A DNA stretch of 64,000 nt from an uncultured delta proteobacterium. GTDB lineage: Bacteria > Desulfobacterota > Syntrophia > Syntrophales > UBA5619. Where the stretch lies: positions 1 through 64,000 of the forward strand of contig CAWFOM010000002.1 in NCBI GenBank assembly GCA_963817385.1, read 5' to 3'. Below, piece by piece: positions 52,319-61,732 of this stretch. A program made the translations under genes and the position numbers. Positions within the stretch are counted from its first letter, which is position 1. The number at the start of each line of letters is the position of its first letter. The notes under the pieces are model-generated. The model did no database searches, was not told the DNA's origin, and saw nothing but the letters and a program-made list of their open reading frames with translations.

Positions 52319-52993
52319 ATGCGAGCGGTGGGTTCGACGGAAATCATGGTTATTAGTCCGATAGATACGACTAATGAAGGTCCTAAAGTGCCAATAGGTC
52401 AGAAAGGATGGCAACCTGTTCATCTCAGACAGGGATCAATGGATGGGGCATGTGGATTGTATAGCCTCATGATGGGTCTCATTATCTGTGGTGTTGTCCG
52501 TTACGATGATGCCCGCGCATTTTATACCTTTTCATCAAATTCTAAAATCGGAAGGCTGTTCGAGTATTTTGGGAAATTGGGTCCGCTCGTCAAACAAGGA
52601 ACCGATTTAGATCAAATGTTTACAGCGATAGATGAATACTGCCCGGGGCAGATCGATTTTCAGGGACAAAAAAGCAAAGGACCTGATCTCGTTGAGTTCA
52701 TTGATCAGAATATTATTAATAATCATCCTGTATTGCTTATTTTAACTTTCGAAGGTGGAGCACATTGGGTTCTTGTCATAGGCCGTGAATGTGAGAGACA
52801 GGGTAAAGAAAAAAAACTATGCCGATTTCTAATACTTGACCCAAGTGAGAACACACCTGAAATTTGTTCGTGGAATGGTGTGATTGACGTTAGAAAACAG
52901 AAGGGTGAGTATCCATATCGATGGTGGAACAGTAACGATATAGAAGTACAATTGGAGTATGCAATGGCTATTTGGCCCAAGACGCATAAATAA
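52319..52993 (+). CDS. AT-rich protein with C39/papain-like catalytic motifs
   Basis: RQGSMDGACGLYS, AHWVLVIG, LILDPS; GAGGAGG RBS. Confidence 0.6.
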   Translation: MRAVGSTEIMVISPIDTTNEGPKVPIGQKGWQPVHLRQGSMDGACGLYSLMMGLIICGVVRYDDARAFYTFSSNSKIGRLFEYFGKLGPLVKQGTDLDQMFTAIDEYCPGQIDFQGQKSKGPDLVEFIDQNIINNHPVLLILTFEGGAHWVLVIGRECERQGKEKKLCRFLILDPSENTPEICSWNGVIDVRKQKGEYPYRWWNSNDIEVQLEYAMAIWPKTHK

Positions 52994-53070
52994 TTCGTGA
53001 ATTATTATGAAGGAAGGATGCCCTATCACATGAACAGATGATCTGCAACTCAGAGCATCCATATTTCAAG

Positions 53071-53147
53071 AGGCCCGGCAAGGAAAATCATCTCTTGTCA
53101 GATGCCAATTCCTGCCAAATATTTTTATAGAGTTCTCTCGTGATCAT
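53071..53147 (-). pseudogene. 5' stub of an AAA_14/DUF4143-type ATPase
   Basis: MITRELYKNIWQELASDK then, after a shift, MIFLAGP; breaks off at Walker A. Confidence 0.45.
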
Positions 53148-53327
53148 ACTGGCTATTATTTACGCGATTAAAAAATAGTCATCGCTCATTCTGTCATGCT
53201 GACACCGTAATCCGCCGTTATTTCCTGAGATGCATTACGTAAAGGCATGTTCTCATTATTTTCATTCAGTATAGATTCATCTCCCTCCGGTCACACCGGC
53301 CCGTTCACAAGCCCGACCGCGGCGGTT

Positions 53328-53981
53328 TTATACCCCGGCCTTGCCGATCTTTTCCCTCAGGGCGGCAACCGCCCCGGCCATATCGCCGGCTTCAGTGACG
53401 GCCGTCACCACGGCCACCCTGCGCGCCCCCTGGGCGAGCACCCGGTCGATATTGACGCCATTGATCCCCCCCATGACGGTGAAGGGGATCTCCAGACCCG
53501 CGGTAATTTCGGGGATCGCCTCCGGTCCCAGGAACCGGCTCACCCCCTCCTTGGTCCGGGTGGGAAAGATCGGACCGATGTTGACATAATCCGCGCCTTC
53601 GCCCTGCGCCTTCAGGGCCTCTTGACGGGAATGGGCGGAGATCCCGATGAGGAGATCGGGCGCTATTGTTCTCGCGGCGGCAAGGGGGAGATCCTCCTGC
53701 CCCAGATGAACCCCATCGGCCTCCACCGCCAGCGCGATATCGACGTGGTCGTTGATCATCAAGAGCATTCCGGCCTCTGCGGTGATTTCCCGAAACCGGA
53801 GGGCCATCCGGTAGAGCTCTCCGGTAGTACACTCCTTCTCCCGGAGTTGGATGATCCGGGCGCCGCCTCGGATCGCCGCCTCCAGGAAATCGAAGTTTGA
53901 CCTCCCCGCGGATAAGCGTTCGCAGGTGACCGGGTAGAGATCGACCTGCAGGAATTTTTCTTTCCTCATCTCCCGGTTCAT
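53328..53981 (-). CDS. thiE: Thiamine-phosphate synthase
   Basis: IQLREK, INDHVD, GVHLGQEDL, GPIFPTRTK, MGGI. Confidence 0.95.
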   Translation of the reverse strand: MNREMRKEKFLQVDLYPVTCERLSAGRSNFDFLEAAIRGGARIIQLREKECTTGELYRMALRFREITAEAGMLLMINDHVDIALAVEADGVHLGQEDLPLAAARTIAPDLLIGISAHSRQEALKAQGEGADYVNIGPIFPTRTKEGVSRFLGPEAIPEITAGLEIPFTVMGGINGVNIDRVLAQGARRVAVVTAVTEAGDMAGAVAALREKIGKAGV

Positions 53982-54182
53982 TCACCCACCTCCCACCAGC
54001 CGGATAATCTCGATCGAATCTCCATCCTGAACCATCTCTTCGCCCATCCGCTCACGGGGAACGATCCGCAGATTTTTCTCCACCACGACCAATCCGGGGC
54101 GGATCCCCAGGGCCTCCAAAAGATCGCCGACCGTAACGGATGCATCCCACTGCCTCTTTTCTCCATTCACCTGAATCTCCAT
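53982..54182 (-). CDS. thiS: Sulfur carrier ThiS
   Basis: 66 aa, MEIQVNGE...GDSIEIIRLVGGG. Confidence 0.93.
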   Translation of the reverse strand: MEIQVNGEKRQWDASVTVGDLLEALGIRPGLVVVEKNLRIVPRERMGEEMVQDGDSIEIIRLVGGG

Positions 54183-54287
54183 CTCCGTCACCTCGGATAA
54201 CCATGCGCATGTATGCCGCCCCCGCTCAAGAGGGGAGCCCTCTTCCCGCCCCTCCTTCTTTCGTTGCGGCGTCACTCCCGGTGTTCC

Positions 54288-55400
54288 TCAGGACGCGAGC
54301 GCCGCATCCCACTCTTTCCAAACAGGTTCATACCCCTTGCGGCGGAGCACCTCCGCCACCGCCCCCGGGGACCGTTCATCCGCCACGGTGAACTGGCTCT
54401 CTCCCTTCCCGGGATGGGTATAGCCGCCCGGCTCCGTGTGAGAACCGGCGCTCATGGCGGTGATCCCCAAAGGAATGAGGTGATCGCGAAGCGCGGGCAA
54501 TTCCCGGGTGGAAAGGGTGAAGCCCGCGTCGGGCAGAACAAGCCTCAGGGCGCAGATCAACTGGACCAGATGACGATCGGCAACCGGAAAGCGCGGTTCA
54601 TATCCTCCCATCGCAGATCGAAGGCGCGGAAAGGAGATCGCGAGCTCGGACTTCCAGCAGTTCCTGAGGAGGTGGTTCGCATGCAGGGCGACGAAAAAAC
54701 CCTCCACCCGCCAGTCGTTCAATCCCAGCAGCGCGCCGATCCCCAGGCGTCGGAACCCCGCCGCCCCGCCCCGCTCCGGGGTCTCCAGCCGCCAACGGTA
54801 ATCGCTTTTCTTTCCCCCGGGGTGGAATTCTCCGTAACTCTTCTCGTCATAGGTCTCCTGGAAGACAGTCAGGCTGTCCACCCCCTGGCCGATGAGCTCC
54901 CGGTATCTCTCCGTCGTCATGGGAAACATCTCAATGCCGATGGAGGAGAAGCGAGGGCGGAGCCTTTCCAGCACCCGCTCCAGGTACTCGGCGGTGATGA
55001 GATGAGGGGCCTCGCCGGTGAGGAGAAGCACGCTGCGGAACCCCAGCCGACGCAGGCATTCCCCTTCGCTGCCGGCCTCCTCCGGGGTCAGCGTGACCCG
55101 GGAGACGTCGTTGCCGGCGTTGAAGCCGCAGTAGACGCAGCGATTGGTACAGACATTCGACAGGTAGAGCGGGACGAACATCCCCATCACTCGGCCGAAT
55201 CTCTGTAGGGTAAGCCGATGGGCCCGCTGGGCCATCTCTTCCAAAAACGGCTCCGCCGCCGGGGAAACGAGACTCAGGAGATCGTCAAGGCTCGGGATGC
55301 GGGCGGCCAGCGCCCGCTCGACATCCGGACGTGAGCGTCGCCCGATCTCCCGTTCGATCTCCTCCCGGCGATACGACCGGATGACGTCGGTGAAGCTCAT
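54288..55400 (-). CDS. thiH: 2-iminoacetate synthase (radical SAM)
   Basis: PLYLSNVCTNRCVYCGF, FQETY, LSTRE, SAGSHTEPGGY. Confidence 0.95.
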   Translation of the reverse strand: MSFTDVIRSYRREEIEREIGRRSRPDVERALAARIPSLDDLLSLVSPAAEPFLEEMAQRAHRLTLQRFGRVMGMFVPLYLSNVCTNRCVYCGFNAGNDVSRVTLTPEEAGSEGECLRRLGFRSVLLLTGEAPHLITAEYLERVLERLRPRFSSIGIEMFPMTTERYRELIGQGVDSLTVFQETYDEKSYGEFHPGGKKSDYRWRLETPERGGAAGFRRLGIGALLGLNDWRVEGFFVALHANHLLRNCWKSELAISFPRLRSAMGGYEPRFPVADRHLVQLICALRLVLPDAGFTLSTRELPALRDHLIPLGITAMSAGSHTEPGGYTHPGKGESQFTVADERSPGAVAEVLRRKGYEPVWKEWDAALAS

Positions 55401-55404
55401 GGTG

Positions 55405-56187
55405 TCACCTCAAAAATCCCGTGAGCGGGCTGGACGCCTCCGCTGTTTTCCGCGGACTGCCGAGACCGGCGATAAAGGCCTCGCGGCCCGCCTCCACCCC
55501 TTTTTTGAACGCCCGCGCCATGGCTGTCGGATCCCCGGCCACCGCCACCGCCGTATTGACCAGCACCGCATCGGCCCCCATCTCCATCGCCTCCGCCGCA
55601 TGGGACGGCGCGCCGAGGCCCGCATCCACCACAACCGGGACAGCGGCCTGTTCGATGATGATCTCGATCAGCTCCCGTGTCTTCACACCCCGGTTGGAGC
55701 CGATCGGGGCGCCGAGGGGCATGATGGTAGCCGTGCCGGCATCCTCCAGACGCCTGGCCAGGACCGGATCGGCGTTGATATACGGCAGGACGATGAATCC
55801 CTCCCTGACCAGGATCTCGGCGGCCTTAAGCGTCTCGATGGGATCGGGCAGGAGGTAGTGGGGGTCGGGAGTGATCTCCAGCTTGACCCACGGTTCGCAT
55901 CCGGCGGCCCGGGCCAGCCGCGCTAATCTCACAGCCTCCTCCGCATTCCTGGCCCCGGAGGTGTTGGGAAGCAGAAGATAGCGGCTCGCGTCCACCGCGT
56001 TTAGAATGCTGTCCTCTTCGTCGTCCAGATCGACCCGTCTCAGCGCCACCGTGACGATTTCCGCTCCCGATGCCCGAAGAGCGCCTTTCATCACCCGGGC
56101 GGAGGAAAATTTCCCCGTGCCCAACAGCAGACGCGATCCGAACGAGCGGCCCGCGATCATCAAGGGGGTATCCGTTTTTGTTTTCAT
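55405..56187 (-). CDS. thiG: Thiazole synthase
   Basis: [33 protein letters not shown]. Confidence 0.96.
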   Translation of the reverse strand: MKTKTDTPLMIAGRSFGSRLLLGTGKFSSARVMKGALRASGAEIVTVALRRVDLDDEEDSILNAVDASRYLLLPNTSGARNAEEAVRLARLARAAGCEPWVKLEITPDPHYLLPDPIETLKAAEILVREGFIVLPYINADPVLARRLEDAGTATIMPLGAPIGSNRGVKTRELIEIIIEQAAVPVVVDAGLGAPSHAAEAMEMGADAVLVNTAVAVAGDPTAMARAFKKGVEAGREAFIAGLGSPRKTAEASSPLTGFLR

Positions 56188-56215
56188 GGTCACGTTTCCT
56201 TTCCGTTTGCGCCAT

Positions 56216-56246
56216 AAAAAAACCGTTTCCCTTCGGGGGAAACGGT
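56216..56246 (-). terminator. TPP riboswitch expression-platform terminator
   Basis: ACCGTTTCCC-CCGAA-GGGAAACGGT plus T run; its 5' arm can also pair with the aptamer 3' strand GGGAAACGGT (antiterminator). Confidence 0.88.
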
Positions 56247-56295
56247 CATCGAATACGAGCGGAAATCTCAAACTGCAAATGATTCGAATGATGTT

Positions 56296-56377
56296 AACCG
56301 TTTCCCTACGCTGGCATTAACCAGATCAGGTGATCAGGGTTTTTTCTCAGCCCGAAATTCGAGCACCCCTAACGATT
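56296..56377 (-). ncRNA. TPP riboswitch
   Basis: AGGGGTGC..GCTGAGA..ACCC..ACCTGATCTGGTTAATGCCAGCGTAGGGAA upstream of thiG. Confidence 0.96.
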
Positions 56378-56432
56378 GCCACGGAGCAACTGATTACGCG
56401 ATATACTCTTTGGATTCGATTTGTCAAGATCT

Positions 56433-56751
56433 AATTGCCGTTCAAACTCCTTACTCCAACGCCGCCGCACGCGATCTGGGTGGCTGCGGCGGCCGACTCC
56501 GTCACGGTGGAGTCCGCCGTGTCATTAACGGTACGCCGTCCGCCCGTCCTTCATCACCTCCATCACGCGGAGGTCCTTGCCGAGGACGCGGTCGCTGTAG
56601 AGCCAGGCCTCGCCGAACTGGCTCGGCCCCATCCCGTCCCGATCAACAGGATGATATTCTTGGCCTGATCGGCCAGGCCGTTCCACGGCGGGAGCATGAA
56701 ACCAACCACGAGCAGGAACACCATAAACCGTATCCGTCTTCGTCTGTTCAT
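56433..56751 (-). pseudogene. Alkaline phosphatase 5' relic
   Basis: Signal peptide plus AKNIILLIG / DGMG / VTESAAAATQIACG across two frameshifts; truncated. Confidence 0.75.
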
Positions 56752-56897
56752 CACATTCTCTTTTTCTTGACATACGTTGCCCTTCCTCTTTAGTTGACCC
56801 GATTTTCGCGAGTTCTTCTCATGCCGATAGCGGAACACCAGGGTTCTTGTCGCCGGAGATCGAGGTTGTCGCCGTTTTCGGTTGATCGAAAAAATCT

Positions 56898-56926
56898 TTG
56901 ACACGAGCGGCCGTTTATCCCATACT
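56898..56926 (+). promoter_or_regulatory. Sigma70 promoter of larEBC
   Basis: TTGACA-17-CATACT. Confidence 0.6.
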
Positions 56927-56958
56927 CCTCCGGCGAAAAGACCGTGTATCGAGGTGGT

Positions 56959-57782
56959 ATGGAAACAGTCGATTCAAAGCTCGATCGTCTCCGCGTTCTC
57001 CTGACGGAGATGGGGGGCGTGGTCGTCGGCTACTCCGGGGGGGTCGATAGTACACTCCTGGCAGCCGTGGCGGCGGATGTCCTGGGGGAACGCGCGGTAT
57101 GTGTCCTGGCTGCTTCAGAAACGTACCCGGCATCTGAAGTTGCGGAGGCCGTGGAAACGGCCGGCAAGCTGGGCCTCTCCGTGATCCGGATAGACACCGA
57201 CGAGCTCAACGACGAAGCGTTCGCGGCCAACACCCCCGAGAGGTGCTTCTTCTGCAAGACGGAGCTCTTCGGCCGGCTCATCGCCATCGGCCGGGAGCGC
57301 GGCCTGCGATGGGTCGCCGACGGCGCGAATGTCGACGATCTGGATGACTACCGGCCGGGCAGCCGGGCCGCTGCGGCACTCGGCGTGAGGAGCCCGCTCC
57401 GCGAAGCCGGCTTCACCAAGAAGGAGATCCGCGAAATCTCTCGCCGGATGGGTCTGCCGACCTGGGACAAACCGTCGTTCGCCTGCCTCTCGTCGCGCAT
57501 CCCCTACGGCACCCGGATCGAGCCCGATATCCTCCGGCGCCTCGATGCGGCGGAGGGGTTCCTGAAGGGGCTGGGATTCCGACAGGTGAGGGTCCGGCAC
57601 CACGGCCAGATCGCCCGGATCGAGGTTGACCGGAGGAGATACCACGTCTGGCATCGCCCGAGATCCGGCGGCAAGTGACGGAGAAGTTCAAGGAGTTGCA
57701 GTATCTCTATACGACCCTGGATCTCAACGGCTACCGGATGGGGAGTATGAACGCCGTTCTCAGCCGGGAAGGTAAGAAATAA
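56959..57782 (+). CDS. larE: ATP-dependent sulfur transferase LarE, one frameshift near 57631
   Basis: YSGGVDS, RCFFCK, DDYRPG, ACLSSRIPYG, QVRVRHH; C-terminal LDLNGYRMGSMN lies in another frame. Confidence 0.9.
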
Positions 57783-58541
57783 ATGGATGGCAAAAAACTG
57801 AAAAGACTCCTTGAACAGGTGAAATCGGGCGATCTCCCGGTAGATCAAGCGCTCAACAGCCTGCGATCGTTGCCTTATGATGACTGCGGATTCGCGAAGC
57901 TCGATCTGCACCGCGGCATCCGTACCGGGTTCCCGGAGGTGGTCTTCTGCCAGGGGAAAACCTGCGAGCAGGCCGTCGAGATCGTAAAAAGGCTCGCCGG
58001 ACACCACGCGAAGGTCCTGGCGACCCGCGTGGCGCCCGATGTCGCCGAGCGGATCGCCGAAGCGGTCCCGGGCTGCACCTATCACGGCGCCGCGCGGATC
58101 TTGGTAGTCGAGCGGCCGGAGGGAAAGGCGGAAAAGACCGCTCGTAGCCGTAACTATGTGATGGTCCTCTGCGCGGGGACGGCAGACCTTCCGGTGGCCG
58201 AGGAGGCTGCGATTACAGCGGAGTCGATGGGAAGCCGGGTCGAGCGCTCCTACGACGTCGGCGTCGCCGGCCTGCACCGGCTCCTCGACCAGAGGGACCG
58301 GATCATGCAGGCGAACGTCCTGATCGTCGTGGCGGGAATGGAAGGGGCGCTTCCGAGCGTCGTCGGGGGAATGGTCTCCTGCCCGGTGATCGCCGTGCCG
58401 ACGAGCGTCGGCTACGGCGCAAGCTTCGGAGGGCTTGCCGCGCTCCTGGCGATGCTCAACTCTTGTGCGGCCGGCATCGCCGTCATGAATATCGACAACG
58501 GTTTCGGGGCCGGTTACTTCGCGCACCTGGTGAATCGATGA
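57783..58541 (+). CDS. larB: Nickel-pincer cofactor biosynthesis protein LarB
   Basis: RTGFPEVV, AGTADLPVAEEA, DVGVAGLHRL, AGMEGAL, NIDNGFGA. Confidence 0.95.
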   Translation: MDGKKLKRLLEQVKSGDLPVDQALNSLRSLPYDDCGFAKLDLHRGIRTGFPEVVFCQGKTCEQAVEIVKRLAGHHAKVLATRVAPDVAERIAEAVPGCTYHGAARILVVERPEGKAEKTARSRNYVMVLCAGTADLPVAEEAAITAESMGSRVERSYDVGVAGLHRLLDQRDRIMQANVLIVVAGMEGALPSVVGGMVSCPVIAVPTSVGYGASFGGLAALLAMLNSCAAGIAVMNIDNGFGAGYFAHLVNR

Positions 58542-58669
58542 CGGCTCCGTAAAAAGTCCATATGCAGCGTTGCGCTTCCCCCTTCGTCACTGCGGCGTAC
58601 GATACTGTACGCCTCATTCCTCAGGCTTTGCGCGCCTTGCCTCTGGAGCTTTTGTACGAAGCCTCTCAT
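58538..58669. repeat. ~130-bp MITE-like palindromic intergenic repeat
   Basis: Inverted ends ATGACGGCTCCGTAAAAAGTCCA / TGGAGCTTTTGTACGAAGCCTCTCAT; inner GGCGTAC..GTACGCC hairpin. Confidence 0.7.
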
Positions 58670-58707
58670 AAAGGGTAGTGTTCGGATTATTTTGGAGAAC
58701 ATCATCG

Positions 58708-59895
58708 ATGAAGATTGCCTATTTCGACTGTTTCGCGGGAATCAGCGGCGACATGACGCTCGGGGCGCTCATCAGCGCAGGTGCGGATCCGGAGCGGCTC
58801 CGGGATGGTATCGCCGCGCTCGGCGTCGGCGGGTACCGGATTGAAATCGGCAAAAAGATCGCCGGATACATCGAGGCGACGGACGTCCTGGTGATCCTCG
58901 ACGATCACCAGCCTCAGCATCGCCGGCGGCTCCGGGAGATCATGGAGATCATCCGCAAAGCGGAACTCTCCGAGCGGGTGAAGCAGACGGCCGAGAGCAT
59001 CTTCAGGAGACTTGCGGAGGCCGAAGGCAAGGTGCACGGCAGTTCCCCGGAAGAGGTTCATTTCCATGAGGTGGGGGCCCTGGACGCCATTATCGACATC
59101 GTCGGCACGGCCGTCTGCCTCGAGATGCTCGGTTGGCCGAAGATCGTCGCGAGCCCGATGCCGACCTTTCACGGCTATGTGACGGGTGCTCATGGCATAT
59201 TCCCCCTGCCCGCGCCGGCAACCGCCGAGATCCTGCGGGGTGTGCCCTGGAGAAAACTGGACATTGAAGGGGAACTGGTCACGCCGACCGGGGCGGCGAT
59301 CATCCGGGAGATCGCGTCGGGGTTCGGACCGCTTCCCGCCATGAGCGTCGAAGCCGTCGGATACGGCGCAGGAAAGAACACATTTTCAATCCCGAACGCG
59401 CTTCGGGTCATGATCGGGGAGGAGTCCGTCGCATCTCCCGCTCCCGAATGCGTCACGGTCATCGAGACGAACATCGACGACCTCAACCCCCAGTTTTACG
59501 AGACCGCGATGGAGCGGCTCTTCACCGCGGGCGCGCTCGACGTCTTTCTGACCCCGATCCAGATGAAGAAAAACCGGCCGGGGACGCTTCTGTCGGTTAT
59601 CTGCGATCCGGGCCAGGCGGAGGCGATCGCGGCCGTCATCCTGGCTGAAACGTCGACACTGGGCGTCAGGATCTCGCAGTGGGAGCGGATCTGCCTGGAG
59701 CGCCGCTGGGAGGAGGTCGTGACGGAGTTCGGGGTCGTCCGGATCAAAATCGGGGAGCGGGACGACAGGGTGATCACGGCCTCCCCCGAGTACGAGGACT
59801 GTAAAAAAGCCGCCATCGAACACGGCGTTCCTCTCCGGCACGTCTACGAGTGTGCCGCCGCCCGCTACAGGACGGGAAGAACATGGAGGGCATGA
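58708..59895 (+). CDS. larC: Nickel-pincer cofactor nickel insertase LarC
   Basis: DCFAGISGDM, VHFHEVGALD, ELVTPTGAA, ETNIDD, MKKNRPG, PEYEDC. Confidence 0.95.
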   Translation: MKIAYFDCFAGISGDMTLGALISAGADPERLRDGIAALGVGGYRIEIGKKIAGYIEATDVLVILDDHQPQHRRRLREIMEIIRKAELSERVKQTAESIFRRLAEAEGKVHGSSPEEVHFHEVGALDAIIDIVGTAVCLEMLGWPKIVASPMPTFHGYVTGAHGIFPLPAPATAEILRGVPWRKLDIEGELVTPTGAAIIREIASGFGPLPAMSVEAVGYGAGKNTFSIPNALRVMIGEESVASPAPECVTVIETNIDDLNPQFYETAMERLFTAGALDVFLTPIQMKKNRPGTLLSVICDPGQAEAIAAVILAETSTLGVRISQWERICLERRWEEVVTEFGVVRIKIGERDDRVITASPEYEDCKKAAIEHGVPLRHVYECAAARYRTGRTWRA

Positions 59896-59901
59896 AGCCG
59901 T

Positions 59902-59921
59902 CCCCGCTGCAAGCAGCGGGG
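59902..59921. repeat. Short GC palindrome (IS200/IS605-end-like, or terminator between convergent genes)
   Basis: CCCCGCTGC-AA-GCAGCGGGG. Confidence 0.5.
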
Positions 59922-59928
59922 GAAAATC

Positions 59929-61296
59929 TCACCTGTCTCGCAGCAAATATCGCGGCAGACTCTTGAAGACATTGACACACTCTGGACAAAGCTGCGTACC
60001 GCGCACATCTTCTATGATAACCATCGCCTCTTCATGGCTCATCCCCCGGCGATACGGTCGATCGCTAATCAAGGCATGGTACGTATCGACAACGGCCGTC
60101 ATTCTAGCCCAGAGAGCTATCCCATTTCCTTTCAGACCATCGGGATAACCCTTGCCGTCAAAACGTTCGTGATGATGGAGAATAACGGGAAGAAGCGGTT
60201 TAATACTGGGAATCGAGCACAGAATGGACGCGCCGATTGCAGGGTGTTCCTTGATGATGGTATACTCTTCTTCGCTCAGCCGTCCTGGTTTTAGCAAGAT
60301 GCCGTCTGGTACGCCGATCTTGCCTATGTCGTGCAGCCTCCCCGCAATGCCCAGGGACTCTATCTCTTCGGCACTGGAATTCATGCGGGTTCCCATTTCA
60401 GTGACAAGCAAAGCTACCGCCTCAGAATGCCCCTTGGTGTAAGGATCACGGGCCTCCAAGGCTGCAATGAGACTGGTTATACTTGCCAGCATCATCTTCT
60501 GCTCGGCGTCGAGGCGCTCCTTTTCTTTGAGTAATATAAGGAAATGGTCAGAGAGCAATCTTTCCACGGTAATGACTATTTGATCCAGGTTGAAGGGCTT
60601 GATCAGATAGCCCGCAGCTCCCCACTGCATCAGGCGGCGCATGATGGCCCGATCGCTGTTTGCGCTCATAACGACAAAAGGAATAGAAGCCAAGGCAGGA
60701 TCGGCATGAAGTTTCTTGCAGAAATCGATCCCATTCATCTCGGGCATGTCGATATCGCTGATAATCAAGTCAGGCCGACGCTCTTGAATTCGTATCATAG
60801 CCTGGTTCCCGTTTTCGGCTTGCATGACCTGAAAAGCCGCTTCTTGAAGGCACTGCATGACGAGACTGCGGACCGTCCGTGAGTCGTCTACAACCAGAAC
60901 AAGGCGGCTATGGCGAAATTTGGATTGTTCGAGGACCCTTTCGATAGTCCCGTTGAGTTGAATCTGGGCATCCGCTTTCGAAACGTATGCGGCCGCGCCA
61001 GACTTGAAGCCCTGATCAATATCCTTATCAGTATCCAAGGAACTCAGCATAATTACGGGTATGCTTCTCGTCCTGGGGTTGCCTTTCAACTTCTCACAAA
61101 GGCCAAACCCGTCCAAATTCGGCATCTCTACATCTGATATGATCAGGTCGTAGCGGTCCGAAAGCGCCTGCTCCAAGCCCTGCTGTCCGTCTTCAGCATG
61201 AGTTACCTTGGCGCCGAATTTTTCGAGCTGCTTCGTCAATACCCTACGAATAATCGAACTGTCATCAACGATGAGTATATTTGGCTGATTATTCAC
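59929..61296 (-). CDS. REC-REC-HD-GYP response regulator phosphodiesterase
   Basis: Two receiver domains; RDPYTKGHS, HDIGK, HHERFDGKGYP. Confidence 0.93.
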   Translation of the reverse strand: MNNQPNILIVDDSSIIRRVLTKQLEKFGAKVTHAEDGQQGLEQALSDRYDLIISDVEMPNLDGFGLCEKLKGNPRTRSIPVIMLSSLDTDKDIDQGFKSGAAAYVSKADAQIQLNGTIERVLEQSKFRHSRLVLVVDDSRTVRSLVMQCLQEAAFQVMQAENGNQAMIRIQERRPDLIISDIDMPEMNGIDFCKKLHADPALASIPFVVMSANSDRAIMRRLMQWGAAGYLIKPFNLDQIVITVERLLSDHFLILLKEKERLDAEQKMMLASITSLIAALEARDPYTKGHSEAVALLVTEMGTRMNSSAEEIESLGIAGRLHDIGKIGVPDGILLKPGRLSEEEYTIIKEHPAIGASILCSIPSIKPLLPVILHHHERFDGKGYPDGLKGNGIALWARMTAVVDTYHALISDRPYRRGMSHEEAMVIIEDVRGTQLCPECVNVFKSLPRYLLRDR

Positions 61297-61441
61297 GGGT
61301 ACGGCTCCTCCGCCCTTTCTTCTTCCCGTCCCTCGACGCAGTCAGTCGCATTGATATGATATTTTTATCCAAACCATACCCCGACGATGTTTGCGGAATC
61401 ATGTTTCTTCCGTAATGATTGAAAGAATATGTCTTATGAGT

Positions 61442-61468
61442 CTATCGGCATAAACGGGAATTAGCATA
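61442..61468 (-). promoter_or_regulatory. Sigma28-like promoter
   Basis: TATG-N15-GCCGATAG (weak -35). Confidence 0.5.
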
Positions 61469-61619
61469 AACGGGAAAATTCATAATTGGACAATACTGAC
61501 GCAGCCTGCCCGTGAATATGCTGTGGGCGGCACGTCTCATACCGTCTTCCCCGACAATGCCTCATACGGCGATCCCGATTACCCCTGGGAGGCATAAGCC
61601 ATTCCGGGAAGAAGGGCGC

Positions 61620-61644
61620 GACGATTCGAGGATCGTCCTTTTTT
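61620..61644 (+). terminator. Intrinsic terminator on + strand with no upstream + strand gene
   Basis: GACGATTC-GAG-GATCGTC-C-T6. Confidence 0.6.
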
Positions 61645-61732
61645 GTATGTGGAGATGTCAATTTCAGTGATTAGGGAAGCCTGGATGGAGTTTGTTAAAT
61701 TATATTTCAATCAACGGTTTTTATCGAGCGCC

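Noticed and set aside
61500..61644. c-di-GMP or cobalamin riboswitch
   Set aside because: Consensus cores not found, and the folding orientation is opposite to the flanking genes.
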